From assembly GCF_018350175.1 (NCBI RefSeq), contig NC_058368.1, positions 70,372,001 to 70,436,000 on the forward strand: 64,000 nt of DNA, given 5' to 3'. The position numbers and the translations under genes are program-made. The notes beneath the pieces are model-generated. The model did no database searches. It was not told where the DNA came from and saw only the letters and a list, made by a program, of their open reading frames with translations. Below, in pieces: positions 11,924 through 23,612 of this stretch (its first letter is position 1; the number at the start of each line of letters is the position of its first letter). The DNA is from Felis catus (taxonomy: Eukaryota).

Positions 11924-12385
11924 GGGGGCGCCTGGGTGGCGCAGTCGGTTAAGCATCCGACTTCAGCCAGGTCACGATCTCGCAGTCCGTGAGTTCGAGC
12001 CCCGCGTCGGGCTCTGGGCTGATGGCTCAGAGCCTGGAGCCTGCTTCTGATTCTGCGTCTCCCTCTCTCTCTGCCCCTCCCCCGTTCATGCTCTGTCTCT
12101 CTCTGTCCCAAAAATAAATAAATGTTGAAAAAAAATTTAAAAAAAAATTATAAAATAGAGTTTGTTGGGGCGCCTGAGTGGCTTAGTGGGTAAGTGTCCG
12201 ACTGCAGCCCAGGTTATGATCTTGTGGTCCATGAGTTCGAGACCTGCATCAGGCTCTGTGCTGACAACTCAGACCCTGGAGCCTGCTTCAGATTCTGTGT
12301 CTCCCTCTCTCTCTGCTCCTCCTCCACTCACACTCTGTCTTGTCTCTCTCTCTCAAAAATAAATAAACATTAAAAAAAAATTTTT
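11924..12385 (+). mobile_element. Young felid-type SINE (11924-12150) followed by an older Can-SINE (12167-12385)
   Basis: The first copy is CpG-rich with the CAGCCAGGTCACGATCTCGC motif; three copies of AAATAGA(A/G)TTTG. Confidence 0.94.
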
Positions 12386-13453
12386 TAAATAGAATTTGTT
12401 ACCAGCCAGATTCATTCTATTCACCTTTCTTTAAAGGACAGCATTGATAGTTTGCCATTATTTTTCTAGGACAGAGAATCCAAATTGCATTTAAAAAAAA
12501 AAGATTGCAGAAATCATTTCAAGAGATGATATTATCTGACTTCCATCTAAATCCCCAAATACTCTATTAACACTCTTCAGGGAATAATGTATCAAAATAT
12601 GGGTTTTCCAAAGTTTGGAAAACTATTAACCATTTATTACCCTGAGATTGTGAGGAAAATGCCAGGTCCTACCCTAGACCTTTATAATAAACAACCAGAA
12701 ATTAATCTAGTCTAGGTTCAGCACTCTTCTAGCCCAGTCTAAATATGGGGGGTGGGGGGTGGGGGGGGTAACCTGATGATTTCAGAGAAATGGAGACTTT
12801 GTCCTCAAGCATTTAGAGCTTCATTTTCTCTCCAGAAATAAAATAGCTCAGAAAAAATGAAGAGTCACAGTTCATTATCAGCTCTTCCCAATTTACTGTA
12901 CCTCATATTACAGGAAGTGGTGGATAATAAAGCAAAATTCCACTAGAATGAACTTGTCTCATTTCTGAACTTCTGGGACTGGTCTGACTGGTGGGGAAGA
13001 CTCACAGTGCTGGGGGACCTGGATGCATACCCTACCATGTGTTCATTATTCCAGTGTGGGAGCACTTTACAGACTGGCAACACCAGTAAATATCAAGGCT
13101 GCAGCTTCTTACACACTGGAGTTTAATGAAATGGGCTTCCTAGCTCTTTGAAGACAATCAGAGTTGTGAGTTTGGCTCAGTTTTGTCCAATAACACAAAG
13201 GATAAACCATGGGAAAACACTAGAGAAGACGGAAGAAAGAAAGAGTGAAGAGGAATTTCCATATATCAAATCAGAAAATACAGATATTTTACATAAGAGA
13301 TGGGAAAAAGAACCTAGCACAGACCAGTCTGATTAGTAGAGTCATATTTGTCAAACTACCCAAGACGGTGTCCATTTGCAACCAAATACAGTAAAACCTT
13401 GGATTGTGAGTAACTTGTTCTGCAAGTGTTCCACAAGATAAGCAAACATTTCT

Positions 13454-13694
13454 TTTTTTTTTTTTTTTTTTTTTAAAGATTTTTTTTTCAACGTTTTTTA
13501 TTTATTTTTGGGACAGAGAGAGACAGAGCATGAACGGGGGAGGGGCAGAGAGAGAGGGAGACACAGAATTGGAAACAGGCTCCAGGCTCCGAGCCATCAG
13601 CCCAGAGCCTGACGCGGGGCTCGAACTCACGGACCGCGAGATCATGACCTGGCTGAAGTCGGACGCTTAACCGACTGCGCCGCCCAGGCGCCCC
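13454..13694 (-). mobile_element. Young felid-type SINE
   Basis: Perfect 15-bp TSD TAAGCAAACATTTCT; CpG-rich. Confidence 0.96.
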
Positions 13695-14403
13695 TGTAAG
13701 CAAACATTTCTGATAAATTTTAACTTGACAAATTAGCCGTGTCTTACAATACGAGTAGTGCATGACGCTGAACATCACATGATCACAACTGAGCCAATGG
13801 TTCTTCTCTCTCTCTCTCTGTCTCTCTCCCTCTCTCTGCAGGATTGTGAATGATCATCTCTCATGTTGGATGCTTGGTCTCAGGCCACGGTGTTTGGCAG
13901 TAATCAGTGATTTTTCAGAACGTTGGAAGGTGCCCCCAACTGGCGCTAGTGTATTTTTTGTCACTTCAAAGCACTTATGCACAGTCCTTTGCTTTTCCAT
14001 ACAAGAGTAAGCTTAGGAATGCTTTGCTTCACTCTGGGTCAGACTGTCTGCAGATAGAGATCCTTTCCTCTGCTGCCTTATTGCCAGTTACATTAAATAC
14101 AGTTTGTGACGAGAATTTATTAATACTGTGCTGTAGTCAACATCCATGCAAGCGTGTACAATGGCCCCCGTGCAGAAAAAGATTCCATTGAACCGACAGC
14201 AGTGATTCCATTAGTGGTCCATTAGTGGTGAAAGTGGTCCTACCCAATAACCCTCCTCTCTCTTGTCTCCCTCACACCAGCCATGAAGTTTTTCAAAGGT
14301 TAAGTACAAGTTAATTTGTTTATTTTTCTTTAAAAAAATGTTTTAGTGATTACAATACTGTAATATAATGCAAATACAAATAATAAAGAAAATACAAAAT
14401 ATA

Positions 14404-14605
14404 ATGTTTATTTATTTTTGAGAGAGAGAGAGAGACAGAGTGTGAGCAGGGGAGGGGCAGAGAGAGAGGGAGACAGAATCTGAAGCAGGCTCCAGGCTCT
14501 GAGCTGTCAGCACAGAGCCCGATGCAGGGCTCAAACCCACAAATGGCAAGATGAGGACCTGAGCTAAAGTTGGACACTTAACCCATGAGCCACCCCAGGC
14601 ACCTC
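14404..14605 (-). mobile_element. Can-SINE
   Basis: Reversed head, (GA)n segment. Confidence 0.93.
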
Positions 14606-14864
14606 TGTCATCATTTTTATGTGAATACTTTTGGGTTATGGAACGAATCATCTGAGTTTCCATTATTTTTTATGGGGAAATCCACTTTGGTATACAAGTG
14701 CTTTGGATTACAAGCATGTTTCCGAAATTAATTATGCTTGCAAACCAAGGTTTTACTATTTTTGTATTCAGCTGATTGCATCCCGTGACCCCAGTAACTA
14801 TGGTAAGTACAGTGGTGTTGTTCCAAAAGAAAATGTGACCAAATATTTTTATCTTAGCACTTGT

Positions 14865-14968
14865 TTTTTGTTTTAATTTTATTTTTAAGTAATCTCTATT
14901 CCAAACTTGGGGCTCAAACTCACAACCCCAAGATCAAGAGTCACACGCTTCACCAATCGAGCCAGCCC
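14865..14968 (-). mobile_element. Short Can-SINE
   Basis: Reversed short SINE flanked by CACTTGT. Confidence 0.85.
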
Positions 14969-14979
14969 ACCACTTGTAT

Positions 14980-15009
14980 TTTTAGTATATGTGCTGCCGA
15001 AGCGAGCAT
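14980..15009 (-). pseudogene. 3'-truncated U6 snRNA retrocopy (U6 nt 1-30)
   Basis: Minus strand reads ATGCTCGCTTCGGCAGCACATATACTAAAA versus U6 GTGCTCGCTTCGGCAGCACATATACTAAAA (29/30). 16-bp direct repeat ACCACTTGTATTTTTA. Confidence 0.93.
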
Positions 15010-15779
15010 TACCACTTGTATTTTTAAATGTTTAAACCACACTTATTGTAAAGTGGTGTCATTCAACATGGTAGTTTCCCGAACAGTAGACCCAGTAACA
15101 GCTCTGGCACCTCCCGTAGTTTCTCTTTATAAAATTCTGAACCCACAAATTCTTCCCCGTTATGTAGCACTGTGAGAGTATGGAGTAAAACACTGACTTA
15201 GCTCTCAGTGTCACAACCGAACTTCTTGTCCTCGCCTGTCCTCCTCCCCGCAAAAACTGCAGGCTGCTGGAAGTGGTAACCAGCATTTTCTCCTCACTTA
15301 CCTTGACACCCCAACCTCAATATTTCTGCCACCCAACAAACAGAGAAAAAAATATCCAGCTGCATCAACATCCCTTTTGAATAAATGAAAATTTGTCATT
15401 AAAGACGAAGGAATAGTTGAGCTATAATACAGAATGAAAATATAAGGAATTGTTAGTAAAATAATTCTATTGTATTAACTTATGTAGATTGTTTTTTCAA
15501 GTCATTGATCTGGGTTAGAGAAAGGGGCAACCATGTGGGATTTCTTGGTTCATATTTTTTCCTTTTATCCTATTTTGACTTTTTAGTCTTCTCAGTCATT
15601 GAAATACTGCTTAGATCATTTAGAATGATCTGTCGTTTTCTTACACCAAAATACAAATTGTTTACTCTTTTTATTGTCGTGTGTATGGAATAGTCTTAAC
15701 ATGATAATTAGACATATCATTAGGAAACAACTATTTCTAGAGCACTTTACATTTATCCTCATCTTTTGTTAATTGACAC

Positions 15780-15925
15780 AAATTTATTCAGTCAACAATA
15801 TTTATTGAGCATCTACTATGGGCTAGGTACAATTCTAAGCACTGAATATATAACACGATTTTTTTCAGATTGAAATTTCTGCCCTTGTGGAGCTTATATT
15901 CTAGTGCAGGAGACAGTCAGTATGG
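15780..15925 (-). mobile_element. L2 3' end
   Basis: CAACAATATTTATTGAGCATCTACTATG...CTGCCCTTGTGGAGCTTATATTCTAGT. Confidence 0.75.
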
Positions 15926-15982
15926 AAGTCGAATAAGGAAAAGGTAGAATACTTTGATAAGGGCAAGTACCAAGTAATTATG

Positions 15983-16172
15983 GGGCACCTGGGTGGCTCA
16001 GTCGCTTAAGCGTCCGACTCTTGGTTTCAGCTCAGGTCATGATCTCACAGTTCGTGAGTTCGAGCCCCACACTGGGCTCTGTGCTGACAGCGTGGAGCCT
16101 GCTTGGGATTCTCCCTCTGCCCCTCCCCCATTTGGTCTGTCTCTCTCTCAAAAAAAATAAAAAAAAAATTTA
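15983..16172 (+). mobile_element. Can-SINE
   Basis: Full head and tail. Confidence 0.93.
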
Positions 16173-16587
16173 AAGCAATAGAGGGACTAAATGATCAACT
16201 ATTATTAGCTGATAATTATGAATGTTTCAAGAACTTGCCAGAGCAGTTTACTTTACACACAAAGAGGGTCTAGATGGTGAAATGAAACTACCTATCCCAA
16301 GGCTAAGGAGATATTTGCATCACCAACTTCTCTCTCTTTTTCTCTTTGAATCATCCGCAGATTTTTGTCCTCTTTTAACTGCTCACCACCGGCAGTTTTG
16401 CTTTTATTTGTAAACATTGTTGGATAATCTACAAAGATTAAGTGAAATCAAAAGAGCAAATTGTTTGTCTGTTCATTTCATTTTTTGGTCTGTAACGTGT
16501 AGACCAGGATACAATTAATATCCTTTGTAGGGTTTGTGTTTCAAAACTTAAGCTGGTCGTGTCATCATTTAATAAAAGAGAGTTGGT

Positions 16588-16843
16588 GGCCACCTAAGTG
16601 GCTCAGTTGGTTAAGCGCCTGACTTCAGCCCAGGTCATGATCTCACGGCTCCTGAGTTCGAGCCCTGCAGCCAGTGAGTTCGAGCCCCACAGTGGGCTCT
16701 GTGCTGACAGCTCAGAGCCTGGAGCCTGCTTCAGATTCTGTGTCTCCCTCGCTCTCTGCCCCACCCCACCCCCGTTTGCACTCTGTCTCTCTCTCTCTCT
16801 CTCTCAAAAATGAATAAACATTAAAAAAAAGAAAAAGAATTTA
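16588..16843 (+). mobile_element. Can-SINE with an internal duplication
   Basis: TSD AATAAAAGAGAGTTGGTG; TGAGTTCGAGCCC occurs twice. Confidence 0.93.
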
Positions 16844-17690
16844 AAATAAAAGAGAGTTGGTGACTGATGTTGAGTGCAACTGTCTTTAATGTCATCGAAT
16901 ATCAACAACTTGCTATTGTAGATATAATCACATAATGACCATATATAATAACAGTAAATGCATAACCATTAGTTTGGATTAAAAGTGCTGCTGTTGAAGC
17001 CATTCTGATCTTATCAAATGAATTCCCATAATATTCCTGCAAGATGAGTAAGTTAAAGTTCACGTCACAGATGAAGTGTATCTACACAAATAGGGATGTA
17101 TCGCTAAGTAACTTCTTATCTCTTCAGACAGGGTAAAACAGGACTTGGGTATCAAAGGCTATATCTGAGGAAGTAACTAGAATTCTGTCCTCAGTTATTT
17201 CCATTGTAGGTATGGCTTTTCAATGAACCAATACAGCAGAAATCAGGCAGGAATTCTGCATAAGTTTTAAGAGTCCACCTGAATTGACCAGCTGAAATAG
17301 GATCCAAAAGCCAGTTTCCTTTGAAAAAGATTGATTTGGCACAATTTACACAATTTTTAAAAAACATAGTAAGAATAAAAATGCAGAGTTTAAACAGATG
17401 GGGAGACATCTTCAACAACAAAATAAGTGACAGTCGGGGAAAATTGAACTTAGAAAAGGATATGTCTCTTAAAAGTACACCACTTCTCACTGAAGAAAAA
17501 TGTTGATCTCTAAATCCCTTTTTCAGGCTTGGGCTCCAGAAGAACATGAGCCAGGGTAAATAGCGGAAGAGCAAAACCCAAGGGAATCTGGTGTGGCACC
17601 CCCTGCATTGCACCCGGAGGAAACCTTAAGGCAGAATCCCCTTTTCACTTGGGAAAAAGCCTCGGTGTCTAAAAGGGCAATGATTCTGTT

Positions 17691-17795
17691 GAGGACTGGC
17701 TACATAATTTGCAGAGCCCAGTGGAAAATGAAAGTGTGGAGCCTCTGTTCAAAAAGAATTTCAGAGTCCAGGGACCCTTCTAAGCACAGTCCTGG
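17691..17795 (-). mobile_element. MER45A-like hAT MITE fragment
   Basis: AGGACTGGCTACATAATTTGCAGAGCCCAGTGGAAAATGAAA matches the recalled MER45 end (reverse complement). Confidence 0.7.
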
Positions 17796-18095
17796 AGGCC
17801 CCCTTCACCATCCGCCATTAACCTTTAAATGATCCCAGGGCGTAGGGAGATGCTCAGAATTACCATGCAATGGCCAGAGAAGACAATGTTCAATGTTTTA
17901 GCAACAGGTGTGGTACCAGCTGTACTAGCTTTCATGTCAGCCAGACGTTACACAAATGGATTTTAAAAGTCTTCCAGCACAGGGAAGAATAAATACATGC
18001 GCAGAATAGATCCTCTTGACTAATAGGATAGATAAATGTATGTCTATAAAGTAAATTCTAAAATGGAAATAAACAAGAAACCACAAATCTGAGAT

Positions 18096-18682
18096 CTTGA
18101 AAAATTAAAAATAGAACTACCCTATGATCCGTCAACTCCACCTCTGGGTAAATATCCAAAAGAATTGAAAACAGGGTTTCAAAGTGGTATTTGTACCCTG
18201 AAGTTCATAGCAGAATTATTCACGATAGCCAAAAGGTGGAAACAACTCAAAGGTCCAGTGATAGACGAATGGATAAACAGAATGTGCTATATCCACACAA
18301 CAGAATATTCAGCCTTTAAGAAAGAAGGAAATTCTGACACAGGTAACATGAATAAACCTTGAGGACATTATGTTAAATGAACCACTCAAAGAAGGCAAGT
18401 ATTGTATAATTCCACTTTATGAGATGTGTAGAGTGGTCAAATTCACAGAAACAGAAAGTAGGATGGTAGTTGCCAGGAACTGAAGTGAAGAGTAAGGAAT
18501 TAACAAGTAATTGTTGAGTAAGCGTTGAACAAGTACAGAGTTTCAGTTTGGAAAGATGAGAAGAGTTCTGGAGATGGATGGTGGTGATGGTGTACAATAG
18601 TGTGACTGCACTTAATGCCACTGACCTGTGTGTTTTAAATGTTTAAGATGGTACATTTTATGTTATGTATATGTTGCCACAA

Positions 18683-18685
<3 letters not shown>
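18096..18685 (+). mobile_element. Old L1 (L1MA/MB-like) 3' end, followed by (TG)n at 18686-18727
   Basis: ORF2 end (FIAELFTIAKRWKQ..EWINRM..IHTTEY) plus a typical 3' UTR. Confidence 0.88.
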
Positions 18686-18728
<43 letters not shown>

Positions 18729-18730
<2 letters not shown>

Positions 18731-20136
18731 GCTTACAGAATTTCAAGAAGTACTTTTTTAGAAAAAGAATACAAAATGATAAATATATTGGGCACAAACA
18801 TGGATATTTAGTAGCAGAAAAATCACACAGATTATAATTTTTAAAGATACTAAGTACCACAAACACCACAAAATTCAGAAAAATAACAACGTTTCAACTT
18901 AATTAACTTCCTCCTGCGTCTCTAGAATGCTTTTTTTTTCCTACGCTTTTGTCAGCATACACTCTGATAGTGTCTTCAAAAGACAATGATTTTGTGATAT
19001 ATTTTATAGTGAGGACAGAAGGAAAATTCAGTCTTCTCTTAAGCATCCTTCATTGAAATCCGTTTATCCTTGATGATTTAGAGAAGTCCTTTTCAACTTT
19101 GCAATTAGTTGTTAGTCACATCTTAGAACTCTCTTGGATCTCATCAGATTTGGAGGAAGCACTGATGAGTTTCTTCCATATATACTCTATAAGATCTCAG
19201 GGTATTTTGAGGGGTTTTTCTGTGTCAATGTCTTTGAACTGACAATCTTCAATAGCCGGCCTGTCATTGGTGACCTCATTATATTGGAGTATTAAGAGTA
19301 TGCTCTCCTCCTTATCAATGTCAAAATTTCATGTTTGATCCATAAAAATTTACAATTCTTTTCTAATGAGTTCATATAATTCACAGCTCTTCATTAATCC
19401 GATTTCCAAACAATCCAAGTGCCATTTATTTCTCTTGATAGAATGTCCCCTCCTCATAGCGAATGACTGGATTCAATACGATCTGAACGTTTTGTGTTAA
19501 GCTTTCCTTCTCAATGTCAGAATAACTTCTATTGACTTAATCACTCATCTTAACTGTTTAGGTTCATATTCCATTAATTTTTAGCTGAAATTTTTCTCAT
19601 TTTTTAAATAAATTAGTTTAAGGAACATAAAATAAGCTACCCTTTATATACATCTAAATAGTTTATAGTTGCTCGTGTGTTTTTATTGAAATGTTCTAAA
19701 ACATCTTTCTTTTGTTGTTGTTGTTGTTTATTTATTTATTTTGAGAGGGAGTATGCGTGAATGGGGGTGAGTCAGAGAAAGAGAAAGAATCCCAAGCGGC
19801 CCAAACCCATAAACCATGAGATTATGACCTGAGCTGAAATCAAGAGTCAGATGCTGAACCACCTGAGCCACCCAGATGCCCCTAAAACATCTTTCTAAAT
19901 TGAAGTTAATATGGTGTATCCCCAACTCAACATTCCCTTAGCAAATCCCAAAACGACCCGCAAAGGAAGCCGAGGTGGAAAGACATAAGTGGGCTTAACG
20001 GGCTGCAGTTAAGTATCCTACTTGCACAAGTTTTGTAAAAACTTAAGACCAGATGAGCACGATGCTAGGACCTTCCCAAGGCCTTGGAAGGGGCAGTGCG
20101 CAGAGGGGCCCTGAAGCTTAGGCAAACCCTCTTCTG
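18729..20136 (-). mobile_element. Zaphod-like hAT-Tip100 DNA transposon, internally deleted; Can-SINE inserted at 19711-19883
   Basis: CCAAGGCCTTGGAAGGGGC...GGGGCCCTGAAGCTTA matches the recalled Zaphod/MER115 end. Decayed hAT C-terminal coding remnant at ~19020-19250. SINE TSD TAAAACATCTTTCT. Confidence 0.7.
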
Positions 20137-21113
20137 CCACCAGTCCCAATAGAAGGTGCTTCTAGAAGTAATGTCCAGAGAACAAAGTCAGCAGTTTGCC
20201 AATTGTTGTGCCACAGTTGAATTTATCTTGTTTCGTGACAGCCTCCTATCAGACTCCAGTTCCTCCTGCTAGAATTGGGTGTGATGAGGAATTCTTTGTT
20301 TCTTCCTATCCCTCCCCCTCCTTCTCTTGCTGGCTGCTTTTCCACTCCTCTTGCATTCTGGGAGATCATGCTCTGGATCCCTGCTGTCGCTGACAGGTTT
20401 CATTAGCCTGATGGAAATGTTTCTCCTCCTCAGGCCCTCTTTTGGCAACTGCCGAATTTCTCTCATCCTGTCAGTGTGGCGAGTCTCAGCTCAGGTCCAC
20501 GCTGACCCCGAGCAGCCGCGGTGATGTCTGTGTGATGCAGTGTGTGGTAGTCAGTGAAAATCCAACCATGGGCCATGCCCTTCAGTTCACGCAAAGAAAG
20601 AGTATGTTTTGACCAATGAAAATAACAATACAACTTCAAATGCCCTGCATTGTATCTCTATTCTTTGACTACTCTTTGCTCCTCACATGTCTCTGAAATC
20701 ACAAGAATAAACTGAAGATTCAGCAGCCTCCGGGCTTTAAAATGTGGTGACAGCCAAGCCGTCAGGTGCATTATCAATGCCTCATAATTACAGCTTTCCG
20801 CATATGAAAAATAGAATTACACTTTCAATGCCAGGAATGATAGTTTCAAAAGGCAGTCTGCTCATGGAAGAACATTATTCTCTCCCTAGCTTCCACAGGC
20901 CTCCTAAGCCGATGCTCTGAACACTTTCTGGAGAAAAATGAGCACACTGCCTTTTGCTAATGTGAAGTAGCAGGAATCAAACACTATACAACTTGGGGGA
21001 AGGCTTCCTGAGTCACATTATCCTCAACTGTAAAAAGGAGAGGATTGCTAAGATCCCTCCGCCTCCAATATTTGAATTCCATACTGCTCTATTGATGCCT
21101 CAAGGTTCATCTT

Positions 21114-21183
21114 TTCTTCCTTCCTTCCTTCCTTCCTTCCTTCCTTCCTTCCTTCCTTCCTCCTTTCTTTTTCTTTCCTTTCT
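21114..21183. repeat. (TTCC)n microsatellite
   Basis: Seen directly. Confidence 0.95.
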
Positions 21184-21388
21184 GCCTATGGGCTTGATCT
21201 TTCACTTTCTATATTTACATACCACAGTAGGCAAAAAAAATTAAAGACCAAGTTCCATCAGGTGTAGACCTATTTCAACAAAAAGGCTTGGAAATAGGAA
21301 ATCCCAGCCCATGGTCATAGTCCTAGGCCTCAGTTTTTGTGGAACCTTAAGGCAATAATTACTGCTCAGTCTTTGCTGTAGTCTAAAG

Positions 21389-21680
21389 CAGGAGTCCCCC
21401 AGATTTTTTTGTGAAGGACCAGGTAGTAAGTGTTTTAGGCTTTGTAGGCCACACAGTCTCTGCTGTAACTTTGACATTGTATTGCTAAAACTGCCATAGA
21501 CAATATGTAAATTAGTGAGCATGGCTGTATTCCAGCAAAACTTTATTTATGTACTCAGATATTTGAATTTTATATAATTTTCATTTGATGTGAAATACTA
21601 CTTTTCTTTTTAAAAATTTGAAAACATAAAATCCATTCCAAGTTTACAGGCTGTACAAACACACGTGGCAGTACAGATTT
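21389..21680 (+). mobile_element. MER58B-like hAT-Charlie MITE
   Basis: GGACCAGGTAGTAAGTGTTTTAGGCTTTGTAGGCCA...GCATGGCTGTATTCCAGCAAAACTTTATTTA. Confidence 0.8.
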
Positions 21681-21699
21681 CAAATCTAATTTCATCTAA

Positions 21700-23007
21700 A
21701 TTAATGTAACCTAAATTACAGCTACTGCTTTTGCAGAAATTGACAAGCTAACCCTAAACTCATATGGAAATTCAAGGGCTCCAGAATAACCAAAATAATC
21801 TTGAAAACAACAAAGCAGGAAGATTCATATTTCCCAATTTCAAAACACACTACTACAAAGTTACAGTAAACAAGGCTATGTGGTATTGGCATAGCCAATG
21901 GATAAACACATTGGATGGATAAACACATTGCCAAAAAAAAAAAAAAAAAATTACAGACCACTATTCCTAATTAATACAGATGTAAGAAATCTTTAAAAAT
22001 ATCAGTAAAGAGAACCAGAGACACCATGACAAATTGAGGTCTATTCCAAGGGTACAAGACTGGTTCAATATCCAAAAATTGATCACTGTAATCTGTCATA
22101 TTAACATAATAAAAGAAAAATCACATGATAGTACCAACTGATACAAAAAAAAAGTGGCAAAGTCAACACTTATTCATGATTAAAAAAAAAAAAAACCTCT
22201 CAGAAAAATATAAATATAAGGGAGCTTCCTCAACTTGATGAAGAGCATCTACAAAAAAGCTACTGCTAACATTATACGTAGAAGACTGAATGTTGTCTTT
22301 ATAAAGTTGGGAACAAGGCAAGGATGCCTACTCTTAGCACTTCATTCAACATGGTTCTGGTTGCTCTCGGCCAGTGCAATAAGGCAAGAAAAGGAAATAA
22401 AAGTCATATAAATGAAAAAGGAAGAAACAAAACTATCCCTGCCTGCTTTGTATTTCATAATTGTCTTCATATAAAATCACAAGGAACCTACAAATATACT
22501 CTTAGAATAAGTAAGTTTGGTAAGGTCTCAGAATGCAAGATAAATATACAAAATCATTTGTATTGCTGTATACCTGCAATGAAAACATAGATACCAAAAC
22601 TAAAATACAGAACTATTTACAATTGCCCGAAAAAGATATAACACTTAAATATAAATCTAGTAGGACATGTGCAGGTTTATGCTGAAGACTACACAATGCT
22701 GGTGAAAGAAACCACCTATCTAAATAAATGTGTTTATAGAATAGAAGACCAAACATAGTAAAGATGTCAGTTCTCCCCAAATTGATATATATGGCTAATA
22801 AAATTCCTATTAAAAAAACCAGCAAGAGTTTTTGTACCTATAGATGAGATTATTTTAGAATTTAAATAGAAATGCAAGGGAGGGGTGCCTGGGTGACTCA
22901 GTCAATTAAGCATCCAACTGTTGATTTCAGCTCAGGTCATGATCTCACGGCTCATGAAATCAAATCCTGTGTCAAGCTCTGTGCTGATAGCACCAAGCCT
23001 ACCTGGG

Positions 23008-23048
<41 letters not shown>

Positions 23049-23612
23049 GCCCCTCCCCTGCTCATGTACGTGCTCGTTCTCTCTAAATAAATAAATTAAA
23101 AAAAAAGAAAAAGAAAAGAAAAAGAAATGGAAGGAAACCAGAATAACTAAAACTATTTTGAAAAAAGAGGAATAAAACGGGAGGAATCAGCCTACCCAAC
23201 TTTTAGACTTACATAGCAGCACGATATAGTAATTGAGACTGTGTAGAACTGGGGGAAGAGAGACAAAAAGATCAGTGAAATGGAATCAACCCAGAAATAG
23301 GCCCACACAAACATGCCCGACTGATTTTTGACAGAAGTGCAAAAGCAATTCAATGGAAAGATAGTCTTTTCAACAAACAGTACTGGAGCAAGAAGTTGGA
23401 CACCATCAAAAGTGAACCTCGTTCTCAGTCTCATACCTTATCTAAAATTAACTCAAAATGAATCAAAGACATAAATGTAAAACATAAAACTATTAAAAGC
23501 TTAGAAAAAAACATGAGAGAAAATCTTTGGGATCTAAGACTGGGCACAGAGTTCACATACTTGACATCAAAAGTGTGATACATATAAGGAAAATTTCATA
23601 AATTGGACTTCA
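21700..23612 (+). mobile_element. Old L1 ORF2 fragments (RT to C-terminal region), with a Can-SINE at 22881-23125
   Basis: Decayed L1 ORF2 motifs such as TACAGACCACTATTCCTAATTAATACAGATG, GGAACAAGGCAAGGATGCC and GATAGTCTTTTCAACAAA. Confidence 0.85.

Larger units (their letters stand above)
13389..14758 (+). mobile_element. Non-autonomous Tc1/mariner (pogo/Tigger-like) DNA transposon, interrupted by two SINEs
   Basis: Left end TA|CAGTAAAACCTTGGATTGTGAG; right end reverse complement TAGTAAAACCTTGGTTTGCAAG (18/22 match). Confidence 0.82.

Noticed and set aside
17191..17613. 140-aa minus-strand ORF
   Set aside because: Non-ATG start, no recognisable homology, no supported splice structure.
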